IMG/VR virus record: IMGVR_UViG_3300012041_000006
Coordinates: 1 to 52,693 of that record
From: a virus
Lineage: Duplodnaviria; Caudoviricetes
Direction: 5' to 3' (one strand)
Length of the DNA stretch: 52,693 bases
In this document: in pieces, positions 16,741-24,110 of the stretch
How positions within the stretch are numbered: position 1 is the first letter of the stretch
Layout: every line of letters starts with the position of its first letter
The notes under the pieces: model-generated
What the model was told of the DNA's origin: nothing
What the model saw: the letters and a program-made list of their open reading frames with translations, nothing else
The model's database searches: none
Position numbers and translations under genes: made by a program

Positions 16741-17088
16741 GTGGCAACGAAAGCAGAAGTCGAGCAAGAACTCGCAGAGGCACAAGAGAGGATCGCTGAG
16801 TTGGAAGCAGGCGGTGGTGAAACTGCCAGTGACAGCGACCTCCCTGATCCGACAGAGGACAAGGAGAAGATCCTGAAGGAACTGCAGGACGCAGATGGAC
16901 CTCAAGAGGAGGGTGAGGACACGTACATGGTTAGTGTCTGGTCCCACCGCCTTGAGTCACCTGCATTCGTGCGTGCGTTCATGTGGGCGCGCAAGAGGGG
17001 TAACGAGCTGAAGGCGTGCCTTGTGTACGCAGATTCAAAGGAACTCGACTTTGAAGAGTCAGTCGCGCCGGTGGTCAAGAGGGACTGA
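16741..17088 (+). CDS. Hypothetical acidic protein
   Basis: 115-aa ORF in operon; AAGGAG RBS. Confidence 0.65.
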   Translation: MATKAEVEQELAEAQERIAELEAGGGETASDSDLPDPTEDKEKILKELQDADGPQEEGEDTYMVSVWSHRLESPAFVRAFMWARKRGNELKACLVYADSKELDFEESVAPVVKRD

Positions 17089-17825
17089 TGGCCCGAAAGC
17101 GCAACATACCCTCCACGTCAAACAGACGCTGCAAAGGGCTTTTCTATGGCCCACCGAAGCACGGGAAGACACACCTGATCGGAACAGCAGCGCACGATGA
17201 GCGCACAGCGCCTCATTTCTGCTTTGACTTGGAGGGTGGTGTTGAGGATGTCTTGGAGACGATGCCTGGGTACGGTACAGATTTCATACGTCATGCTGTA
17301 TCGACCTGGGATGACATGAACGAGGGATTTGAGCGCCTTCGCGTGAACGATGAGGGATTCAAGTCAGCGTCTGTTGATTCGTTGTCCGAGACACACATCT
17401 TTGCCCTGATGAATCTTCTGGAGGATGGCCGCCCGAGTAGGGAAAAGAATCCAGACCTCATCGAGCAAGGTGACTACGGAATTGCGCTCGTGCAGTTGCG
17501 AAGGTTCGTGCGATACCTGCGCGACCTACCACTGCACACGTTCTACACGGCGCATCACAAGGAAGACGTAGATAGAAAGGAGGGCTTGATAACAACGGTC
17601 AACCTCGCTGGGAAGGCCGCAGTCGAGATCCCAGGGTTGATGTCCGTTGTTGCTTACCTTGCGTTGTCAGAGAATGAGGCAGGAGACACGGAGCGCCTTC
17701 TCCTCATCCAGAACTACGCAAAGATTCGGATTGGTGTGCGTGCAGGTTGGGGTGTCACACCCCCGGACGAGATCGTGAACCCAACAATCACCAAGATCCT
17801 AGATGCGCTCCAGTATACCAGTTGA
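17088..17825 (+). CDS. AAA_24/Sak4-like ATPase (recombination)
   Basis: FYGPPKHGKT; DLEGG; VDSLS; YTAH; lies between the exonuclease and SSB. Confidence 0.82.
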   Translation: MARKRNIPSTSNRRCKGLFYGPPKHGKTHLIGTAAHDERTAPHFCFDLEGGVEDVLETMPGYGTDFIRHAVSTWDDMNEGFERLRVNDEGFKSASVDSLSETHIFALMNLLEDGRPSREKNPDLIEQGDYGIALVQLRRFVRYLRDLPLHTFYTAHHKEDVDRKEGLITTVNLAGKAAVEIPGLMSVVAYLALSENEAGDTERLLLIQNYAKIRIGVRAGWGVTPPDEIVNPTITKILDALQYTS

Positions 17826-17836
17826 GGAGGATTGAT

Positions 17837-18313
17837 ATGCCGAAGGTCACCGTTGACTTCTCTGACGTTCAAGAGATCGAACCGTTGGAGAAGGGTGAGT
17901 ACGCAGCAATCATCGAGAAGGCAACGTACGTCGAGCCTGTCTCTGAAGACAAGTACCCCTACATCAATGTCGAGCTCACGCTCACAGAAGCTGTCGGGGG
18001 ATCATCGAAGGCGTGGACGATCTGGTCGCTCTCGCCGCGTGCACTGTTCCGGATGAAGCAGGACTTTGAGAATCTGGGTCTACCTGCGGACGAGATCGAG
18101 ATCGACTACGACGAAGACACGATGCTGGTCACGGAGCCTGAACTCGCTGGCATGCCATGCATCGTCGTGTGTGACAAGCCTCGTGTGTACGAGGGACGTG
18201 CGCAGACGAACGTCGCAGCGTTGCTCGGAAGTGACAGTGCTCCTGCAGGTAAGAAGACGACGGCCAAGTCTGCAACAAAGCCCAAGGCTGGGGCATCGAG
18301 GAAGTTCAAGTAG
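17837..18313 (+). CDS. DUF669-like single-stranded DNA-binding protein
   Basis: GAGGAGG RBS; MPKVTVDFSDV...LEKGEY..II.KA; standard position after Sak4. Confidence 0.7.
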   Translation: MPKVTVDFSDVQEIEPLEKGEYAAIIEKATYVEPVSEDKYPYINVELTLTEAVGGSSKAWTIWSLSPRALFRMKQDFENLGLPADEIEIDYDEDTMLVTEPELAGMPCIVVCDKPRVYEGRAQTNVAALLGSDSAPAGKKTTAKSATKPKAGASRKFK

Positions 18314-18784
18314 ATGGAATCCGGGGAACAGACTACCAGAGTGGAAGATACAGATCCACACGGGCACAGGTTCCTCGGCTCAGGGGTGTCAGCGTCGCAA
18401 GAACCTTTTGCGGCGCTGACATCTCAGGGTTCGGGCGCGTACATTGGATTGGAGACATTTCCAAACCCAGGGTGCGTCATCGTCAAGTACACATCTGACG
18501 AGGTAGTGGCCAGGTGTCCAGTTACAGGCCAGCCTGACTACTACGTGTGCGAGATCACACTGCGGGAAGCAACAAAGCTCATCGAGTCGAAGAGTTTAAA
18601 GATCTGGTTCAACAACATCCACGAGAACACAATGAAGGGAGAGGCACCTGGTCTCTTCTGTGAGTCGCTCGCCGTATTCATACGCGACCAGGTAGCAGAA
18701 ATCACAGATACAGAACAAGAGAACGTACAGGTCAGGCTCACGCAGAAGTCGCGTGGCGGAATCTCAATCGAGTCAGTCGCATGA
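18314..18784 (+). CDS. queF: preQ0 nitrile reductase QueF
   Basis: CPVTGQPDY; QueF motif ESKSLK; C-terminal RGGI. Confidence 0.85.
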   Translation: MESGEQTTRVEDTDPHGHRFLGSGVSASQEPFAALTSQGSGAYIGLETFPNPGCVIVKYTSDEVVARCPVTGQPDYYVCEITLREATKLIESKSLKIWFNNIHENTMKGEAPGLFCESLAVFIRDQVAEITDTEQENVQVRLTQKSRGGISIESVA

Positions 18785-19185
18785 GTGAGATTTCTTACGA
18801 GATGACGTTCGATGCAGGGCACCGCATCGTCGGTCACAAGGGCAAGTGCGCTCGTCTGCACGGACATACGTACAAGGTCCACATCATGGCTTCTGGTCCT
18901 GTGTCTCCCCCTGGGTTTGTCGTTGACTTCGGTGACCTCAAGGAGATTGTCAACGAGTGGGACCACATGCTCTTGCTATGGGATCAGGATCCCTTTGTTG
19001 AGAATTGGCTTACTATAACTCAGGTAAGGGAAGCAGGAATTGTCGCTGTGTCTTTCAACCCAACAGCAGAACACATGTCGGAGTACCTCTGTCGCAGGTT
19101 CGTGGACGAGTTCTCACTCTTCTCTTGCATGGTTGAACTGTGGGAGACACCAAAGTGCATGGCAAGGTACGTGATCGAAGGATGA
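18781..19185 (+). CDS. queD: 6-carboxy-tetrahydropterin synthase QueD
   Basis: FDAGHR...CARLHGHTY; VVDFGDLK; DH; NPTAE; WET. Confidence 0.93.
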   Translation: MSEISYEMTFDAGHRIVGHKGKCARLHGHTYKVHIMASGPVSPPGFVVDFGDLKEIVNEWDHMLLLWDQDPFVENWLTITQVREAGIVAVSFNPTAEHMSEYLCRRFVDEFSLFSCMVELWETPKCMARYVIEG

Positions 19186-19919
19186 GGAGGTTCCGTGTTG
19201 CAGAGATCTTTGGACCCACAATCCAAGGTGAGGGTCGCCACATTGGCATACCTTGCCATTTCATTAGGTTCGGTGGGTGCGACTATAGGTGTAGTTGGTG
19301 CGATTCACCTCACGCTGTTCTACCTTCTCTTGTTGCTGAACTACCACAGAAAACAGATGAGGAGATCTGGGATGAGGTTCGTGCACTCCCGAAGGTCCGC
19401 TGGGTCGTCTACTCGGGTGGGAACCCTGCCCTCCTAGATCTTTCCCTCTTGACCTCGTACCTGAATGGTGACGGGTACTCAGTCATGATCGAGACACAGG
19501 GTACTGTGTGGAAAGACTGGATGGGTTACGTCGATGAGGTCTGTGTGTCACCGAAACCACCGTCCTCTGGAAACGCGACTCAGGCAGACACAGTTGACGA
19601 GTTTCTCTATCATATTCCAGATAACCGTGCATACCTCAAGGTGGTTGTGTTCGATGACGACGACTACAACTACGCCAAGTGGGTTCATGGAGTGTTCCCA
19701 GGGAGGGAAATGTTCATCTCAGCAGGAAACGAGGATCCGTACCTACCTACAGTAGACAACCCGAACCCAACACCTGGAACTATTCACTACACAAGAGATG
19801 TCATCCTCGACAAGATGGTGTGGCTCATGGAGAAGGTTGCAAACGATGAGTTCATGAGAGATGTTCGTGTGTTGCCTCAGATGCACGCCTTGGCGTGGGG
19901 CAATGTGAGGGGAAGATGA
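19182..19919 (+). CDS. queE: 7-carboxy-7-deazaguanine synthase QueE (radical SAM)
   Basis: [11 protein letters not shown]; [16 protein letters not shown]; SGGNP; ETQG; SPKPPSS; LPQMH. Confidence 0.95.
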   Translation: MRRFRVAEIFGPTIQGEGRHIGIPCHFIRFGGCDYRCSWCDSPHAVLPSLVAELPQKTDEEIWDEVRALPKVRWVVYSGGNPALLDLSLLTSYLNGDGYSVMIETQGTVWKDWMGYVDEVCVSPKPPSSGNATQADTVDEFLYHIPDNRAYLKVVVFDDDDYNYAKWVHGVFPGREMFISAGNEDPYLPTVDNPNPTPGTIHYTRDVILDKMVWLMEKVANDEFMRDVRVLPQMHALAWGNVRGR

Positions 19920-20512
19920 CTGTTATCGACAGTCCTGGATATAAAGGTACCATCGTACGCGATTCTGTGACAACGATCCTCGATGCTATAGGCGAGGACG
20001 TCGGGCGTGAAGGACTGCGCGAGACGCCTGCACGTGTGCGGCGCTCGATGGGTGAACTCACACGTGGGTACCGTGAGGATCCTAGAGAATGGTTCCGCGT
20101 GTTCGATGCAGAAGGCGCTGACCAGATGGTGTGCCAGTGGAACATCCCGACCTACTCACTCTGTGAGCACCACATGCTGCCATTCACAGGGTACACTCAC
20201 ATCGGGTACATCCCGAAAGAGAAGATCGCTGGCCTGTCGAAGTTCAAGCGTGTAGTAGATATGTACGCACGGCGCCTGCAAGTTCAAGAGCGTCTGACGC
20301 GACAGGTTGCCGAGTTTCTAGAAGGAGAACTCAAACCGAGAGGAGTAATGGTTGTCGTAGAAGCAGAACATCTCTGCATGACCATGCGCGGCGTGCAGGC
20401 GCCAGGTACATTGACGACGACGTCTGCCGTAACAGGTGATTTCCAAGACCCAGCAGAAGGGTCGCGCGATGAGTTCTTGACCCTTCTCGGACACTCAAAG
20501 GAGAGACGATAG
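19916..20512 (+). CDS. folE: GTP cyclohydrolase I FolE
   Basis: [11 protein letters not shown]; [10 protein letters not shown]; GLSK; [10 protein letters not shown]; HLCMTMRG. Confidence 0.96.
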   Translation: MTVIDSPGYKGTIVRDSVTTILDAIGEDVGREGLRETPARVRRSMGELTRGYREDPREWFRVFDAEGADQMVCQWNIPTYSLCEHHMLPFTGYTHIGYIPKEKIAGLSKFKRVVDMYARRLQVQERLTRQVAEFLEGELKPRGVMVVVEAEHLCMTMRGVQAPGTLTTTSAVTGDFQDPAEGSRDEFLTLLGHSKERR

Positions 20513-20781
20513 TGGACCAAGAAACATTCCTGTCACGCTTGCGTGGCTCATTTCCATACAAAGGAGAGACGACAATGGAAGGTAGAGATGCAGTTGCTTC
20601 ACTGTGTGGTCTTGTTCTTCGGCGCCTTCAAGATGACGTGGGCGTTACTGGGGTGGGTGACGAAGACCACACCCCAGTCACCGTTTCGGATCTGCGTAAG
20701 ATTTTTGGTGAGGCGCTTGAGCAGTTCTCCAAGCCAGAACAGTCAGACACACTGAGGAAGAATGAGGAGGACGGCTCATGA
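20512..20781 (+). CDS. Hypothetical protein within the que cluster
   Basis: 89-aa ORF coupled to folE and queC. Confidence 0.6.
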   Translation: MDQETFLSRLRGSFPYKGETTMEGRDAVASLCGLVLRRLQDDVGVTGVGDEDHTPVTVSDLRKIFGEALEQFSKPEQSDTLRKNEEDGS

Positions 20782-21527
20782 GTGGAGCACTCGTTGTTCT
20801 ATCTGGAGGACTCGACTCATGTGTCGCACTCGCACTCGCGTGCAAAGAGCATAAGCGTGTCGAGACCTTGTCCTTCTCTTATGGACAGAGACACACAGCG
20901 GAACTCAATGCTGCAGCGAAGATCGCAGATCACTACGAAGTAGGGCATACAGTGTTGACTATTCCGCTAGGTATGGGAGAGTCAGTGCTCATGGATCACA
21001 ATGCTGAAATGCCTCAGATGACGTACGAAGAACTTGAGCAATCACAAGGCCCTTCTCCTACCTATGTTCCGTACCGCAACGGCACGTTCCTGTCCCTTGC
21101 AGCGTCAGGTGCACTCGACATGGGCCTCGACTACATCTACGCAGGGATGCACGGTGAGGATGCACACAACTGGGCTTACCCTGACTGCACTCCAGAATTC
21201 ATTGGAGCAATGCAGAACGCTATCTATATCGGCACGTATTTCAAGGTGCGTCTTATCTGTCCATTCTCGTACTCGATGAAGAAAGAGATCATCCAGATTG
21301 GTCTCGATCTTGCAGCGCCTATCGAGTTGACGATGTCTTGCTATGAAGGACGCGACCCTGCATGTGGACGCTGTCCTACGTGCATTGCACGACTGGAGGC
21401 ATTCAAGTCACTTGGTGTCCAGGATCCGATCAGGTACAAGTTCGACACGTACAGGGATGGCCTCATGTCACGTGAGACAGTCAATGCGTCACTACGCCTG
21501 TCAAGGGAGTTGAGGAAGAATGTCTAG
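20778..21527 (+). CDS. queC: 7-cyano-7-deazaguanine synthase QueC
   Basis: VLSGGLDS; YGQRH..E; YVPYRN; YPDC; SCY...CGRCPTC..R. Confidence 0.96.
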   Translation: MSGALVVLSGGLDSCVALALACKEHKRVETLSFSYGQRHTAELNAAAKIADHYEVGHTVLTIPLGMGESVLMDHNAEMPQMTYEELEQSQGPSPTYVPYRNGTFLSLAASGALDMGLDYIYAGMHGEDAHNWAYPDCTPEFIGAMQNAIYIGTYFKVRLICPFSYSMKKEIIQIGLDLAAPIELTMSCYEGRDPACGRCPTCIARLEAFKSLGVQDPIRYKFDTYRDGLMSRETVNASLRLSRELRKNV

Positions 21528-21822
21528 CGTTCCTCCAATGAAGGCGCCAGTTCCTGCAGGTGGAGTCATCCTCGGTGAGCAGCCAAAGAGACCTCAACCC
21601 ACAAAAGAGGTGATCCACTTCCACAGTTGCATGATTGGCATCTACGTCATGCTCGATGAGAACAACATCTGCAAAGGGTACAAGGTGCAGATCAGAGATC
21701 CAATCTTCAACAGAGAGTACAACTTCGATGTGGACAACCAACAGGTATGGGACGAGATCGTGAAAGACATCCCCTCCTTCCCTAAGATTGGAGAAGTGCC
21801 TGAGGAGATCAAGAGTGACTGA
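21520..21822 (+). CDS. Hypothetical protein within the que cluster
   Basis: 100-aa ORF overlapping the queC stop. Confidence 0.6.
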   Translation: MSSVPPMKAPVPAGGVILGEQPKRPQPTKEVIHFHSCMIGIYVMLDENNICKGYKVQIRDPIFNREYNFDVDNQQVWDEIVKDIPSFPKIGEVPEEIKSD

Positions 21823-22324
21823 TCTCACAGAAGGAACAAAATTGGATGAGGATAAGGTTCCTGTCGATCTCCTCTCCCCACTCTGGCTCCTCGCGACCAG
21901 TCAGGTTCTTGACTTCGGTGCCAAGAAGTACGAACCGTATAACTGGGCAAAGGGAATTTCGTACTCACGTGTGTACGCAGCACTGAATCGACATCTCATG
22001 GCATGGTGGGTGGGTGAAGACGAAGATGAAGAGACAGGTATACATCATCTCGCCCATGCATCATGTTGTCTGATGTTCCTTACTCACTACGAGCTGGTTG
22101 GAGGGAGATACAGAGAGTATGACGATAGAGAACATGGAATTTTCGACCCGAATCAAGCGTCTCCGAAAGAACGAAACACCTCGGAAGAACTCAGTCGGGC
22201 ACGCGGACTCAGTGGAGAAGATCCTGAACCAACTGTCACTCCTGAGTCCAGAGACGCTTACCTACCAGTCGACCCTGAAGTCAGGGCGTTCGCGGATCGT
22301 GTCACTGAGCGCCAAGGTAGATGA
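21815..22324 (+). CDS. DUF5664-type dATP/dGTP diphosphohydrolase
   Basis: GTKLDEDK...DLL; FGAKKY..YNW.KG; AALNRHL..WW.GED.DEETG..HLAHA.CC..FL. Confidence 0.85.
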   Translation: MTDLTEGTKLDEDKVPVDLLSPLWLLATSQVLDFGAKKYEPYNWAKGISYSRVYAALNRHLMAWWVGEDEDEETGIHHLAHASCCLMFLTHYELVGGRYREYDDREHGIFDPNQASPKERNTSEELSRARGLSGEDPEPTVTPESRDAYLPVDPEVRAFADRVTERQGR

Positions 22325-22898
22325 AGTACTCATCACTCCCTCTCTCTTCCGGAAATTCATCTGCACAGATGGATGCACAGCGTGTTGCCAGAAGTTCACG
22401 TTGGATTATGTGCCATCAGAGTTCGTCAACGTCGAGCATCAGGAAGGTTTCGCAGAGAGGGAAGTGCATGTGAATGGCAAGCGAAAGGTCATCCACACGA
22501 ACGATCAAAACAGTAACAATATCTGCGATTTTTTGCGTGTCGAACGACCTGGAGGAGGTCTCGGTTGCGCAAATTATCTCCATGCTCCACTCAGCTGTAT
22601 CTCAGCACCCCAACTACAGTTTATACAGATGCGAGCGCAACGAACTTACGTCCTATCAAAACCCTTTGGGAGAGCATGGGCAATGACGCCAACTCCAGAA
22701 TGTCAATTCGTGAACGTTGACTGGAGTGACCTTGGAGTAGAGATTGATTCAAAGATCGCTATCCTCAACAGGTTCCACGAGTGGGCAAGGTACTTCGGGA
22801 TCAAGACGTGCCTCACCCAAGTGAAGAGAGAAATCAAGCGTCTTTACAGAGAAGGACTCATGCCAGTACAAGCTTACTCAGTGTGGAAAGCAGAATAA
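22119..22898 (+). CDS. CxxxCxxCC (YkgJ-like) metal-cluster protein; candidate deazaguanine-tailoring enzyme
   Basis: CTDGCTACC, then CDFL, GCANY..APLSC; lies inside the que-dpdA locus. Confidence 0.7.
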   Translation: MTIENMEFSTRIKRLRKNETPRKNSVGHADSVEKILNQLSLLSPETLTYQSTLKSGRSRIVSLSAKVDEVLITPSLFRKFICTDGCTACCQKFTLDYVPSEFVNVEHQEGFAEREVHVNGKRKVIHTNDQNSNNICDFLRVERPGGGLGCANYLHAPLSCISAPQLQFIQMRAQRTYVLSKPFGRAWAMTPTPECQFVNVDWSDLGVEIDSKIAILNRFHEWARYFGIKTCLTQVKREIKRLYREGLMPVQAYSVWKAE

Positions 22899-22902
22899 TC
22901 TC

Positions 22903-23289
22903 ATGGCACTTACCCAAAAAGAAATTAGTCGTAGGTATTACCTCAAGCATAAAGAGAGAATAAAAGAAGAAGCTAGGAAGTACTACCATGACAACAAAGA
23001 AAAGTGTGCCCAACAGGGTAGGGAGTACTACCTAAAGAAGAGAAAAGATTATATTTCTCTTGTAGTGCAACTCAAAAGTGGTCCATGTGTTGACTGCAAG
23101 CAAACCTTCCACCCAGCAGCTATGGAATTCGACCACAGAGAAAGTAGTCCTAAAAACCAGAGTATAAGTGCAATGAGGAGCCATTCAATAGAAGCTATCC
23201 TTGATGAAGTTTCAAGGTGTGACCTCAGGTGTGCTAGTTGCCATAGGATTAGACATCTTAAGCACATGTATGATGAGGTGATGAGTTGA
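22903..23289 (+). CDS. HNH homing endonuclease
   Basis: CVDC...MEFDH...CDLRCASCHRIRH; AT-rich island. Confidence 0.85.
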   Translation: MALTQKEISRRYYLKHKERIKEEARKYYHDNKEKCAQQGREYYLKKRKDYISLVVQLKSGPCVDCKQTFHPAAMEFDHRESSPKNQSISAMRSHSIEAILDEVSRCDLRCASCHRIRHLKHMYDEVMS

Positions 23290-24110
23290 AAGCCGCACTG
23301 ATACCTCCGATTCCCCACCTCGATCAGTTCGGTCATGGTGACTTCCATCTGCTCCTTGCACACCTGCTCGATCATGCAACGTACAGAGAGTGGTACAGAG
23401 CAGAGCGCAAACACGGCGCCTATCTCGTGCTCGACAACTCAGCGCATGAGAATGGACAAGGCCAGGATCCCGCGACCCTACTCAAGATGGGTTTCGATCT
23501 CGATGCACAAGAGATTGTTGTCCCAGATGTGCTCGATGATGCAGGCGCCACAATCGAGTGCTGCCTTGCGGCTCACGAGGAGTGGTTTGAGAGCAAAAGC
23601 GTGATCCTAGATACATATGCTCCAGCGTTCATGTACGTCCCACAGGGGCGCAACGAGGATGAGTGGAAAGACTGTCTCAAGGATCTTGTCTCAATCCATG
23701 ATTACTGTGCCCGCAAGTATTCTCTACGTCGTGATTATGTAATTGGAGTATCGAAGGACTACAACGTGTGGGACGGCGGCCTGATGAAATTGCTGGACGA
23801 GCATGTCAAGCCACTCCGTGACGAGGCACTAGAGCGTGGGGTAAGGGTCCAGGTGCATCTTCTTGGCTGGATGCGTGACTTGTGGTCACTCAGGGAGATT
23901 GCTAACAAGCACTTGTGGCTCAGGTCGACTGATTCTGCAAAGCCTTTCGTGTATGCAGAGGCGAACATCGACCTCATCGAGTCCTACAACAAGCACAAGG
24001 TGCCAGAGTATCCGAAGAGGAAGGACGAGTACTTCTACAAGAAGCTCAATCGCAGGCAACTAGAAATCGCTGACAACAATGTGTGGATGTTCAGAGAGAC
24101 AGCACTGTGA
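23286..24110 (+). CDS. dpdA: Divergent TGT/DpdA-family 7-deazaguanine transglycosylase
   Basis: TIM-barrel motifs LDNSAHE, VVPDV, VPQG, VHLLG, RSTDSA match the TGT-like pattern; adjacent to que genes. Confidence 0.68.
   Translation: MKAALIPPIPHLDQFGHGDFHLLLAHLLDHATYREWYRAERKHGAYLVLDNSAHENGQGQDPATLLKMGFDLDAQEIVVPDVLDDAGATIECCLAAHEEWFESKSVILDTYAPAFMYVPQGRNEDEWKDCLKDLVSIHDYCARKYSLRRDYVIGVSKDYNVWDGGLMKLLDEHVKPLRDEALERGVRVQVHLLGWMRDLWSLREIANKHLWLRSTDSAKPFVYAEANIDLIESYNKHKVPEYPKRKDEYFYKKLNRRQLEIADNNVWMFRETAL

Noticed and set aside
21815-22324. Z-genome (2-aminoadenine) pathway
   Set aside because: No PurZ/adenylosuccinate-synthetase-like gene in the genome
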